A DNA stretch of 64,000 nucleotides from Polyangiaceae bacterium (lineage in GTDB: Bacteria > Myxococcota_A > Polyangia > Polyangiales > Polyangiaceae). The stretch spans positions 96,001 to 160,000 of the forward strand of contig JBILLK010000001.1 in assembly GCA_044376115.1 (NCBI GenBank). The letters run 5' to 3'. Below, piece after piece: positions 46,916 to 56,764 of the stretch. The number at the start of each line of letters is the position of its first letter. The stretch's first letter is position 1. The position numbers were made by a program, and so were the translations under genes. Below the pieces are notes generated by a model. It ran no database searches and was not told the origin of the DNA. It saw nothing but the letters and a program-made list of their open reading frames with translations.

Positions 46916-48673
46916 ATGAAACGCCGTTCGAGTGTTGCGTGGCTGATGCTGACCCTGGCGAGCTGCAGCTCAGGAACGCCTGCAGCCACGAGCAATACAG
47001 CAGCTACCGCCCCGATAGCCGAAGAGACCACCGAGCTAGCCAAGCGCTTTCAAAAGGTCTGGCAAGACCGAGGTCTTGTGGCGCGCGAGGTCGACGACGA
47101 CACATTCCTCCGGCGAGCCACGCTCGACCTGCTTGGGCGGATACCGAGCTCTAAAGAGTTGCTCGAGTTCCGAACGGACTCCCACCCCGACAAGCGCGCT
47201 CGCCGGATAAGGCAGCTGCTGGACGATAAGGCCCACGCCGAACACCTCGCGCGGAAGTGGGAGCAAGTGCTGCTGGGACCAGAGGTCAAACTTAGGCTGG
47301 TAGACCGGGGCGCCATGCGTCGATGGCTCGCCTCGCAGTTTGCCGATGACGTCCCTTGGAGCGCAATCGTCGAGAAGCTGGTAACCGCCGAGGGAATCAC
47401 GAGCCTCGGTGGATCAATCAAGGAGGCCGTCGGTCAATCGGATAGTGAACGCTGGGGCGAGGAAAGCGCAGCGAACGTCAACGGCGCAACCAACTACTTT
47501 CTCCGCCACCAGAAAGCTCCACAGGATCTTGCAGGACATGTGTCGAAGACCTTCCTGGGCGTTCAGATTCAGTGCGCTCAGTGTCACGACCACAAAACGG
47601 AAGCCTGGACCCAAACACAATTCCAGGAATTTTCGGCCGCTTTCGTCCGCGTACGCGCCAGACCCGTCGAACGGGCCAGACAAGAGTTCGCGGTCTTCGA
47701 ACTCGAAGACCTTGAACGTCCCCCCCGCAGGGCGTTTAGGAACGAGGAACTGCAAGAGATCGTTCGCGCCTCGCCTAAGGCACTTGATGGTACCTCGCTA
47801 TCCGGGAGCAACCCCCGCGCTGAGTTAGCTGCCTGGATGACCAGCAAAGAGAACCGATGGTTCTCCCGAGCCTCGGTGAACCGCGTATGGGCAGATCTGC
47901 ACGGGGCCGGATTTGTCGAGCCTATCGACGACTTTCGCGAGAAGAACCCGCCTGTGCTGACTGAGGTTCTGGACCACCTCGCCCATGAGTTCGAGCGCAA
48001 TAACTTCGATCTCGATGCCCTCTACGAGACAATCATGCTCGGACCCACCTACGCGAACGATATCGACGGAACGGTGTCGCCGCGAGAGTCGCTATTCGCC
48101 ACGGCTGACCTGGTTCCCCTATCAAGCGACGCGTTGCTTGATTCGATATTCATAGCAACAGAGGCGGCCAAGCAGCTCGAGGGTCAAGGAGAGAACCGCA
48201 CCAATACACTTAAGGCGCTGCTCCGGCAGCGAATGGAGTTTGTTTTCGATACCGACGCAGAGTCGAACGGCGAGCCACAATCAACGACGCTCACCCAGAG
48301 CCTGTTTCTCGCCAACAGCGCAATCGTCAGCGCGTCCACGGCACACTCTGAAGGAGGGGTCCTCGCCAGACTTCTGGCCGGCTCGAACTCCGACTCAGAC
48401 ATCATTACCGAACTGTACCGTCGCACGCTCACGCGCGATCCGTCGGCAGAGGAACTTCGCGAGGCCCTTGCCTTCATCGCTCAGGATCGTGCGAAAGCCC
48501 CCGTCAGCTTTGAAGGCGGTAGCGGAGAGAAGGGCAAGGCCAAGCGAGAGACGCGCGCAGACAACGCGATGCTGCGAGCACTGCGACCCGACGAGAGTTC
48601 CGCAAAAGCCCGTGCCTTCGAGGATCTTTTCTGGGCACTCATCAACTCAAACGAATTTCTATTCCGCCGCTGA
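46916..48673 (+). CDS. DUF1549/DUF1553 domain lipoprotein
   Basis: LASC; D..FLRR..LDL.GRIP; FLGVQIQCAQCHDH; VNRVW; VEPIDD; EDLFWALINS.EF. Confidence 0.9.
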   Translation: MKRRSSVAWLMLTLASCSSGTPAATSNTAATAPIAEETTELAKRFQKVWQDRGLVAREVDDDTFLRRATLDLLGRIPSSKELLEFRTDSHPDKRARRIRQLLDDKAHAEHLARKWEQVLLGPEVKLRLVDRGAMRRWLASQFADDVPWSAIVEKLVTAEGITSLGGSIKEAVGQSDSERWGEESAANVNGATNYFLRHQKAPQDLAGHVSKTFLGVQIQCAQCHDHKTEAWTQTQFQEFSAAFVRVRARPVERARQEFAVFELEDLERPPRRAFRNEELQEIVRASPKALDGTSLSGSNPRAELAAWMTSKENRWFSRASVNRVWADLHGAGFVEPIDDFREKNPPVLTEVLDHLAHEFERNNFDLDALYETIMLGPTYANDIDGTVSPRESLFATADLVPLSSDALLDSIFIATEAAKQLEGQGENRTNTLKALLRQRMEFVFDTDAESNGEPQSTTLTQSLFLANSAIVSASTAHSEGGVLARLLAGSNSDSDIITELYRRTLTRDPSAEELREALAFIAQDRAKAPVSFEGGSGEKGKAKRETRADNAMLRALRPDESSAKARAFEDLFWALINSNEFLFRR

Positions 48674-48680
48674 GTCCACC

Positions 48681-49916
48681 ATGAACACCACCCGCAGAAA
48701 CCTACTAAACCTCGGCGCTTTTACCTTTATATCGACCCTCCTGTCCGAAGTGGCATCACCGAGGGCGTTCGCCGCGCCAGCGAAGAAGCCGACGCAGTGT
48801 GTCCTCTTGTGGATGAATGGCGGGGCCAGCCACCTCGACTCATTCGATCTGAAGCCGGGCGGACACTTTAAGGCAATACCGACGAAGGCTCGTGGCGTGA
48901 GCATCTGTGAACGACTCCCGCAGCTCGCCGACCAAATGGACGCCATCGCGTTGCTGCGAGGGGTCTCCTCCAAGGAGGGCAACCATCCGCGCGCGCAGTC
49001 GCTTGCGCACACGGGGCATACTCCCAACCCAACCGTGCGAGCGCCCGCTCTGGGTGCCTGGGTAGCCAAGTATCGGTCGGAGCAGACCTCCTCGCTTCCC
49101 GCGTTCATCTCCCTTGGAGGGCCGAGCGCCGACGCCGGCTTCCTCGGCAACGGGCTTGACCCCTTCGTTGTCGCGACTCCAGGGGCGATGCCCAAGGACA
49201 TTCAATCACCTAGGGCGTTCTCGCCCGAACGCGAAGCGCTCCGAAACTCCTTCGTCGATCGAATGAATCGCGACTTCGATGCGACGACGAAGAGCGGCCT
49301 CGCCAAGCAGCGCTCGATGTTGACCCAGACCGCACGGACGATGATGCGCTCGAGCAACCTTGCAGCCTTCGACTGCTCCTCCGAGTCGAAGAGCACCCTC
49401 GACGCCTACGGTGATAGCGCGTTTGGGCGTGGTTGTTTGACGGCCCGTCGGTTGATTGAGGTTGGAGTTCCCTTCGTTGAGGTTGGATTGGATGGCTGGG
49501 ATACCCACCAGAACAACTTCGAGCGTGTCGGCACATTGCTCGACACGGTGGATGCCGGCGCCGCTTCCCTGCTGGCGGACCTTCGGCAGAGGGGGCTCCT
49601 CGACACGACGCTCGTGGCATGGGTCACCGAGTTCGGTCGCACGCCAAGCGTGAATGCTGATGAAGGTAGGGACCACCACCCCCAAGCATTCAGCGTCTGG
49701 TTAGCAGGTGCTGGCATTCGGGGTGGCATCGTCCACGGCGAGACCGACTTGCAAGGAGCTCGAGTAACGCGTGATGCCGTGTCTCTTCAAGACGTGGTGG
49801 CGACGATGGGCTCGGCGTTGGGACTCGAGACCGACCTCTTCCAAACTACCCCCAACGGCCGACCGATAACGATGACCGAGGGGGGCAAGCCGATCCAAGC
49901 TATCCGCGAGGCCTAA
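48681..49916 (+). CDS. DUF1501 domain protein (Tat signal)
   Basis: TRRNLL; WMNGGASHLDSFD.K; GWDTH; EFGRTP; GRDH; GAGIRGG. Confidence 0.92.
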   Translation: MNTTRRNLLNLGAFTFISTLLSEVASPRAFAAPAKKPTQCVLLWMNGGASHLDSFDLKPGGHFKAIPTKARGVSICERLPQLADQMDAIALLRGVSSKEGNHPRAQSLAHTGHTPNPTVRAPALGAWVAKYRSEQTSSLPAFISLGGPSADAGFLGNGLDPFVVATPGAMPKDIQSPRAFSPEREALRNSFVDRMNRDFDATTKSGLAKQRSMLTQTARTMMRSSNLAAFDCSSESKSTLDAYGDSAFGRGCLTARRLIEVGVPFVEVGLDGWDTHQNNFERVGTLLDTVDAGAASLLADLRQRGLLDTTLVAWVTEFGRTPSVNADEGRDHHPQAFSVWLAGAGIRGGIVHGETDLQGARVTRDAVSLQDVVATMGSALGLETDLFQTTPNGRPITMTEGGKPIQAIREA

Positions 49917-51592
49917 AACTGCCCGTAAACGAAGGGAACTGCTTCAGCGCTCGCAAAGTGCCTCAGCAGCAGGGCAACCCCAAACGCGACCACCGCCTGC
50001 GCAACGCCGGGGAGCTTGGCAAAACCCTCACGCACTGTGGCAAATACCCTTCGCGGCACCCATTGCAAAAGTAGCCCAGCGCTAATGATCAGCACCAAGG
50101 GCTTGGTGATGTTTGGCGTAAAGGAAGACAGCACCATTAGCTGCTTGTACATCAGTAACGCCTTTTCAAGCGGAGCTCGAATCAGGACGAAGGTAAGCGT
50201 CGTAAAAACGAAGGTTAGCAGCACAGCCGCAACCTTCTTGAGACCAGGCGCCTCATCCCCAGCGTCACCTGGCTTTCGTCCGAGCGAATCAAAGGCAAAG
50301 TGAGATAAGGCTACAGCTAGCCCTTGGACGACGCCGAAGAGCACATAGCTCCAAGCAGCTCCGTGCCAAACGCCACACACCACCATCGTGGTCCAAACAT
50401 TGAAGTACTTTCGGCCTTGATCTGCCAAGTAGAGCCCGCCCAGCATGAGCGCGGCGGCGCCTAGGAACGACAGCATGTTGGTCAGTGACGCTGAACCCTC
50501 GGTGCTCCGGATACCCACGAGGGCACGCCATACGAGAGCGATAGTTCCGATTGAGGTAAGGAGCAGCGCTGCCCTACGCCGCAAGGAGGCTCGTTCAGGT
50601 GACTCACCCGCTCGCAAGACCCGACTCCCGCCCATCGGGATATAGACATAGTCACGCAGCCAGCTTGAGAGCGAGATGTGCCAGCGACGCCAAAACTCCA
50701 CCAAGTTTGAAGCTTTGAACGGCGCATCAAAGTTGATCTTCAAGCGATAGCCGAGCAAAAGCGCGATCCCGATCGCAACATCGCTATAGCCGGAAAAATC
50801 GCAATAGATCTGTATCGAGTAACCGAACATTGCCGCGGCGACCTCCACCGAGGAGAAGCTCGTCGGTTCAGCGACGACACGGTCAACCAAGTTGATCGCG
50901 AGGTAGTCGCTAACGATGACCTTTTTGACGAGGCCCACCATCACGAGGAATATGCCCTCGCTTGCGGCAGCTGCGGTGAGAACAACCGGCTTGGCGAACA
51001 GCGGGAGCAGGTCCTTACCGCGTATGATCGGCCCGGCCACGAGGTGGGGGAAGAACGCGATGTACGTCACATAGTGAGCGTAGTCACGACAGGGAGGCAA
51101 CTCCCGACGGTAGACGTCCACCACGTAGCTAAGCGACATAAAGGTAAAAAAGGAGATACCAATGGGCATGGGTAGGCCCATGCGACCATCGGGCCCGCCC
51201 AAGGCAATTACCTGTTCCGCCATGAAGTCCCAGTACTTGAACACCAGGAGCAACCCGGTATTCATGGCGATAGTCAAGTAGACCAGGTTCTTTCGAGCAG
51301 TAGGCTCCTCGGTTCGGCCGATCCAAAGGCTTAGCCAGTAGTCGACGGTCGACCCGATAAAGACGATGGGTACGAACTTGAGGTTAGGAGCGCCGCGCAC
51401 CAAAGCCGTCCACAGCCCGGCCTCTCGAAGGTTGTTCACGAACTCGAAGCTGAAGAGGTCAAGCCCCGAGTAGAAAAGGTAGCTTACTGCCGCCAAGAAC
51501 CAGAAGCGTATGCGGGGCCAGCGAGATAGCGCCCACGCCCCCGTGAAGACGAGAAGAAAAAACTTGGCGAAAGCGAGGGTATTGAAGAGCAT
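49913..51592 (-). CDS. MBOAT O-acyltransferase (AlgI/PatA/DltB-like)
   Basis: MLFNT, PIGISFFTF, FFPHLVAGPI, DFSGYSD, FWRRWHISLS.WLRDY.Y, WHGA. Confidence 0.93.
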   Translation of the reverse strand: MLFNTLAFAKFFLLVFTGAWALSRWPRIRFWFLAAVSYLFYSGLDLFSFEFVNNLREAGLWTALVRGAPNLKFVPIVFIGSTVDYWLSLWIGRTEEPTARKNLVYLTIAMNTGLLLVFKYWDFMAEQVIALGGPDGRMGLPMPIGISFFTFMSLSYVVDVYRRELPPCRDYAHYVTYIAFFPHLVAGPIIRGKDLLPLFAKPVVLTAAAASEGIFLVMVGLVKKVIVSDYLAINLVDRVVAEPTSFSSVEVAAAMFGYSIQIYCDFSGYSDVAIGIALLLGYRLKINFDAPFKASNLVEFWRRWHISLSSWLRDYVYIPMGGSRVLRAGESPERASLRRRAALLLTSIGTIALVWRALVGIRSTEGSASLTNMLSFLGAAALMLGGLYLADQGRKYFNVWTTMVVCGVWHGAAWSYVLFGVVQGLAVALSHFAFDSLGRKPGDAGDEAPGLKKVAAVLLTFVFTTLTFVLIRAPLEKALLMYKQLMVLSSFTPNITKPLVLIISAGLLLQWVPRRVFATVREGFAKLPGVAQAVVAFGVALLLRHFASAEAVPFVYGQF

Positions 51593-51714
51593 GCGGGGCG
51601 GCCCGGGAGCACCTACCAGATGCGGCGCTACCGGAAAAGATTTGGTTGCCCAGCTTGCTCGTGAAGCTTGCCGGCGAGTTGGGCGTTCGTCGCGTAGTGT
51701 GGTAACCCGAATAG

Positions 51715-53319
51715 GTGTCGAGTCCGAGTAAAGATCCGTCCTCTGAGGAAGCTGCATTTGGAGAGCTGGCGTCCACCCTGGCTGCTGACACCCAGAATGC
51801 CGCGCAGGCACCTGCGGATCGCTTGGTAGCGAGTTGGTTCCCCATCTCAGCTAGGACCCTGAGCATGGCCATCAGCCTCGGCGCGCTTGTCCTTCTCCCC
51901 TACGCACACAGTTCGTTGGAGCGCTTTCGCCTGCTCACGCAGGGAGTCTCTGTGTTCGGCGTGGACGAGGAAGAGCCTGCTGAGCAGCCGCCTGTACCCG
52001 AGGTGGTAGGCGAGGCAGCGCTGCCAGGCCCGACCGATGATCAGCAGTCTCGTGGAGACGAGCTCACCGATGCTCCAACCAATCCGCGTGGGCCGATAGC
52101 AAATGCGAAGCCGTTACCGATCCCGGTTTCGTTGAACGAGGACAAGCCGCCGCATTTCATCGACGATCCTTCCGCGCTCGAAAAGTTCTTCGCGAAGCTG
52201 GTTCGAGTCGAACAGAAGGAGCCCGGTGCCATCGCCCGTATTGTCTATTACGGCGATAGCATCGTTGCGAGCGACTTCATCACGGGCAAGCTACGCAGAC
52301 TGCTGCAAGACCGATTCGGTGATGCTGGCCATGGCTACGCCATCGTTGCCAACGCTTTTCCTGGGTGGTTCCACATCGATGTTTCCCGTAAGTCGAGCGA
52401 CCAGTGGAAGACCTCTCGCTGCATCGGTCCGTTCGCCGAGGACGGGCTTTACGGTCTGGGGTGTGTCTCCTTTACGGCCCGCCGTGAAGGGGAGTGGTTC
52501 TCGATGGGTACCGCCGACAGAGACAAGTGGGGAACCAAGGTCACTCGCTTCGAACTTGAGTATCTCGAGCAACCGGAAGGTGGGGCGGTCGAGTTCAACC
52601 TCGACGGCAACCAGCACTCAACGCTCGAGACGGCGGGCCCCGAGAAGAAGCTCAAGTACCACACCATCGAGGTGGAGGACGGACCCCATAAACTTCAGGT
52701 GAAAACGGTTAACGACTCACCCACGAGATTGTTCGGAATGCGGATGGAACGCGATGTTCCAGGGGTAACGCTGAGTGCGCTCGGCATTACTGGTGCTCGC
52801 GCCCGGTTCTTGGATAAGTCGGATGACGCTCATTGGGCGGAGGCCCTGAAGGCAGCAAAGCCGGACCTGGTCGTCCTCGCGTTCGGAACCAATGAAGTAG
52901 GAGATGGGCGTATGGCATTCGATGAGAATGGGCAGCGCTCCAAAGATCCAATGGGCGATTACGAGCGGAACCTGCAACGGGTCATGGCGCAGGTGGAAGC
53001 GGCCCTTCCGGAAGCTAGCTTCATGCTGGTAGGGCCGCCCGATATGGCGTCCAAGAAGGACGAAGAAGGCCACTCCAAGCCGATGGTACCCACCATCGCA
53101 CAACACCAAATGAACTGCGCCAAAGAGCGCCGGTGGGCCTACTGGAACCAATACAAGGCGATGGGTGGGGCTGGCTCGATGTGGGCCTGGGTCCAAAGCG
53201 GCCTCGGCAACGCCGACCTCATCCACCCAACGGGCTCAGGCGGAAACGTTCTCGGCCAAATGGAGTATCTTGCCTTGATGCACGCGTACGAAGCCTACAA
53301 GGAAGGGCTGCGAAAATAG
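51715..53319 (+). CDS. SGNH/GDSL family O-acetyltransferase/esterase (PatB/Ape-like)
   Basis: N-terminal TM; YGDS, G..GA, GTNE, DLIHP. Confidence 0.85.
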   Translation: MSSPSKDPSSEEAAFGELASTLAADTQNAAQAPADRLVASWFPISARTLSMAISLGALVLLPYAHSSLERFRLLTQGVSVFGVDEEEPAEQPPVPEVVGEAALPGPTDDQQSRGDELTDAPTNPRGPIANAKPLPIPVSLNEDKPPHFIDDPSALEKFFAKLVRVEQKEPGAIARIVYYGDSIVASDFITGKLRRLLQDRFGDAGHGYAIVANAFPGWFHIDVSRKSSDQWKTSRCIGPFAEDGLYGLGCVSFTARREGEWFSMGTADRDKWGTKVTRFELEYLEQPEGGAVEFNLDGNQHSTLETAGPEKKLKYHTIEVEDGPHKLQVKTVNDSPTRLFGMRMERDVPGVTLSALGITGARARFLDKSDDAHWAEALKAAKPDLVVLAFGTNEVGDGRMAFDENGQRSKDPMGDYERNLQRVMAQVEAALPEASFMLVGPPDMASKKDEEGHSKPMVPTIAQHQMNCAKERRWAYWNQYKAMGGAGSMWAWVQSGLGNADLIHPTGSGGNVLGQMEYLALMHAYEAYKEGLRK

Positions 53320-53778
53320 ATGGCGGACCTCCACAGCGACAACTTCGTCGTCAGTGACGAAGGAGGCGTGGCTGTATGTAGGGTTTTCAAGAACCCCGCG
53401 CAGAGTTCCGCCGAATTTGCGGTCGGGCTGGAGAAGCTCGTGCCCACCTCCAAAGGATTGGCGTTGGACGACAAGACGGTCGGGTTCGTTTTGGACCTTC
53501 GACGAACACCAGGTGCCCAGTCTCCCCAGGTGGAAAAGGTGATGTGCGTCGTCGCAGGTATTTGGGAGGCGACAGCGCAGCGGATGTCTTTTCTCGTCTT
53601 GGATGATCCCATCCAGAAGCTTCAAGTCACGCGTATTGCTGCGCAAGCTGCGCCGCAGTTCGGCGCCGTTTTTGTAAGCCGCACCGACGCGCGCGCATTT
53701 GCAGGGGCATCGAGTCAGTCTGACCCAGCGACGGTCAGTCGGATCTTGGAACGCCCCTCACGCATCAAGGGGCTTTAA
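53320..53778 (+). CDS. Hypothetical protein, possibly STAS/SpoIIAA-like
   Basis: Abuts upstream stop; VLDLR..PG...P, FLV...I..LQ..R pattern. Confidence 0.55.
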   Translation: MADLHSDNFVVSDEGGVAVCRVFKNPAQSSAEFAVGLEKLVPTSKGLALDDKTVGFVLDLRRTPGAQSPQVEKVMCVVAGIWEATAQRMSFLVLDDPIQKLQVTRIAAQAAPQFGAVFVSRTDARAFAGASSQSDPATVSRILERPSRIKGL

Positions 53779-53841
53779 GGGCTCTTTTCGAGAATTGGTC
53801 GCGGAGCAGGCGAATCAGCGCTGCTTTGCTAAGCTCGGGGA

Positions 53842-55620
53842 GTGAACCGTGCCTTTCTGCAATCGCTTGCCAGTGCTGGCAAGCCCATACACGCTCGCTT
53901 TGTCCTTCGGCGAGCGCTGATTGGTCTCGGTGTCGGGCTGTTGGGTGGATCGATCCTCGGTGCGGCTGCCACGCTCTTACGTGTGGAGCCGCGTGCCGCA
54001 GTGGTTGGCGCCGCAGCCTGCGTTGGGACTCTTGCCGGACTCGTAAGCGCGCATCGCCGTCGACTCACGCTGCACGAACTCTCGCTCTACTTGGACGCAA
54101 AGCTCGAGACGCGAGAAGCACTATCAACCGCCCTCGATGTTTCCTCTGAACAAGACGAGATAAGCGCGTTCATCGTCGACAAGGCAGCAACGCTGTTAGT
54201 CGAGTCTGATCTGAAGGCGGCGCAACCACGTATCTGGTCAAAACGGCAGGCGTCTATCCCGCTCGGTCTTGGACTGGCCATCGCTGTGTGTTTGGTAGAA
54301 CCAGCTCCACTACCGCAACCAATCGAGGCCGCGCCGGGCTCGGAACCCATGACCGAGGCGGTCGTGCCGGAGCTTGAACGGGTCATCGAGGCGCTGGATC
54401 AGGTGGTGCCGCGAGACGCCGCGCAAGAGAAGCGACTTCAAACGCTCAGCGACAAGGCAAAGCAGTTGAAGGCAAAGCTCAAGAACGGAGCCTCGAAGCG
54501 TGAGGTTCAAGCCGAGCTCGCCGAACTTTCTCAAGGCGTCTTGGCAGAAAAGCTTAGCTTCGGAGAGGGCGAAGAGCGGAGTGGACTCGAGCGAGCCCTG
54601 GGCAAGCTTGACGAGCCATCATTGGCGGCGACCAAACAAGCACTCAAAGACCGAGATCTCACTGAGCTCGATGACGAGACCTCTCGCCTGGCGAATCAGT
54701 TGGAGAAGGAGTCCAGAGAGAAGGCTCGCCAAGCCCTCGAAGAAGCGGCTAAAGCAGCGAAAGAAGAGGGCTCAGAGACCGTCGCCAAAGAGCTCGAGCG
54801 GCAGGCGAAGAAGCTAAAGGAGGAAGGCGACAAGGCGGATTCGCTCAAGAACGCGGCGGAGGGGCTGCGCGAACAACTATCCGAACAGGGCAAAGCAAAC
54901 CTCGACGCAGTCAAGAATGAGGGTGACCCTGAGGCTAAGCGTCAGCTCGCCAAGGAGGTTCAGGACATCTTGAGCAAGATGTCTGAAGCCGAGCGCAAAG
55001 CGCTCGTTGAGAAACTGCGCACTGAGGCCAAAGACGCCGCCAGTAAAGCAAAGCAACCGGATGATGGCTCGGCGGAGCCAACCAAACCTGAAAACTCACC
55101 TGCGGTAGACCCTGAAACCTTGAAGAAACTCGCGGAGCAATTAGAGAATCCGCAGGGAAAGAAGCAACTCGAGGACGCACTGAAGGAGCTAGCGAATGCC
55201 CCTTCAAACGGCGCTGGAGAAGCGACGAACCAAGAGTTGTTGGAGCAAGCACAGCAGGCGCTCAAGGAAGCTCACGGCAAGGCCTCGGGTGATGGCAAGG
55301 CAGAAAACTCAAACCCTGACGCCGCGAACGGATCTCCGGATGCGGGCCTTGGCGGTAGCGCGACCAAGAAACGACGCAAGACACCCAGTCCGATTTCCTC
55401 AGGAAAGTCACTGAAAGCGCGGGCGAATGCGCCCGTGCGTGATGGCGCCACGCTACCAACGATCAAGACTGGCCGTGCTGGATCGAGACCAGGCGAGGTT
55501 GCCAACCGTGTCGGCTCGGGTGCACTCGGCCAGGTGAGTGCCGAGGAGGTGAGCGGAGTGTCTAGGAGCGACGTCCCGGAGGAGTACCGAGAGCAGGTCG
55601 GTCGCTACTTCGAGCCCTAA
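53842..55620 (+). CDS. Membrane-anchored coiled-coil protein (MoxR cluster)
   Basis: Three N-terminal TMs; LD..L...E.L.TA; long E/K/Q coil; terminal VPEEYREQV.RYF. Confidence 0.82.
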   Translation: MNRAFLQSLASAGKPIHARFVLRRALIGLGVGLLGGSILGAAATLLRVEPRAAVVGAAACVGTLAGLVSAHRRRLTLHELSLYLDAKLETREALSTALDVSSEQDEISAFIVDKAATLLVESDLKAAQPRIWSKRQASIPLGLGLAIAVCLVEPAPLPQPIEAAPGSEPMTEAVVPELERVIEALDQVVPRDAAQEKRLQTLSDKAKQLKAKLKNGASKREVQAELAELSQGVLAEKLSFGEGEERSGLERALGKLDEPSLAATKQALKDRDLTELDDETSRLANQLEKESREKARQALEEAAKAAKEEGSETVAKELERQAKKLKEEGDKADSLKNAAEGLREQLSEQGKANLDAVKNEGDPEAKRQLAKEVQDILSKMSEAERKALVEKLRTEAKDAASKAKQPDDGSAEPTKPENSPAVDPETLKKLAEQLENPQGKKQLEDALKELANAPSNGAGEATNQELLEQAQQALKEAHGKASGDGKAENSNPDAANGSPDAGLGGSATKKRRKTPSPISSGKSLKARANAPVRDGATLPTIKTGRAGSRPGEVANRVGSGALGQVSAEEVSGVSRSDVPEEYREQVGRYFEP

Positions 55621-55693
55621 ATAGACCCGCGACTCGAACTGAAGCCCTTCGCTTGTAAGGTGCGGTCAATAGTCGAGTAGGATGCGCGCCAAG

Positions 55694-56764
55694 ATGTCTG
55701 ACGCAGCTAAGCCCACGCCCGACCGAATGGACTCCGACGTTGCAGACAGTGCTAGCTTCGGCGCGGCGCTCGAGACGGCTCGCGAGGCTAGCCGAACGTT
55801 GCGCGACGCCATTGGCAACGTACTAGTTGGCCAATCCGAGGTCGTGGACCAAGTTCTTTGGGGCATGCTTGCTGGCGGGCACGTGCTTTTAGAAGGGGCC
55901 CCTGGGCTCGGTAAGACCCTTCTGGTCCGAACGCTCGCCCAGTGTGTCGACCTGAAGTTTTCACGCATTCAGTTCACGCCTGACCTGATGCCGAGTGACG
56001 TCACCGGGACCAATATCCTGGTCACCGACGACAAGGGGCAACGACAATTCGCCCTGCACAAGGGCCCCATTTTTGGGCAGGTCGTTCTCGCCGACGAGAT
56101 CAATCGGGCAACGCCTAAGACACAGAGCGCTTTGCTTGAAGCGATGCAAGAACACGCTTGCACGATCGGCGGGCAACGCCATGCCATCGGAGAACCCTTC
56201 TTTGTCTTAGCAACGGAGAACCCGATTGAAATGGAGGGCACCTACCCGCTCCCTGAGGCACAGTTGGACCGGTTTCTGATCAAGGTATTGATTCCAACTC
56301 CCAGCGAAGAGGAGATGACTGAAATATTGGGCCGCACCACTGGCTTAGCGATGGCCACCCCTACCGCTGTCTTGACTCACGCGGAGGTCCTAACCTTGAT
56401 GAGGACCTGCAGGGCGGTCGTAGCGTCCAAGGACATATTGCAATACGCAGCCCGCGTGGTCGCTGCGAGCGACCCTGCCAGCAGCTCCGCTCCGGAATTG
56501 GTGCGGAGCGCGCTACGCTTTGGCGCGGGCGTCCGTGGAGCGCAATCGCTGGTGCTAGCGGCAAAAGCAGCTGCATTGCTCGACGGGCGCGCCAACGTCG
56601 CATTCACCGACATCAACCTAGTGGCAAAGCCGGTCCTGCGACATCGGCTCATTCGCTCTTTCGAGGGAGAGGCAGATGGAGTGACCACCGACAGCGTGGT
56701 CAACGCCATACTCGAGAGTGTCAAGAAGCTGCCTGCCAAGGTCGAGAGAGCCACCTCCCTATGA
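55694..56764 (+). CDS. moxR: MoxR family AAA+ ATPase
   Basis: GHVLLEG.PGLGKT, RIQFTPDLMP.D, ADEINRA, NPIEMEGTYPLPEAQLDRF. Confidence 0.94.
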   Translation: MSDAAKPTPDRMDSDVADSASFGAALETAREASRTLRDAIGNVLVGQSEVVDQVLWGMLAGGHVLLEGAPGLGKTLLVRTLAQCVDLKFSRIQFTPDLMPSDVTGTNILVTDDKGQRQFALHKGPIFGQVVLADEINRATPKTQSALLEAMQEHACTIGGQRHAIGEPFFVLATENPIEMEGTYPLPEAQLDRFLIKVLIPTPSEEEMTEILGRTTGLAMATPTAVLTHAEVLTLMRTCRAVVASKDILQYAARVVAASDPASSSAPELVRSALRFGAGVRGAQSLVLAAKAAALLDGRANVAFTDINLVAKPVLRHRLIRSFEGEADGVTTDSVVNAILESVKKLPAKVERATSL

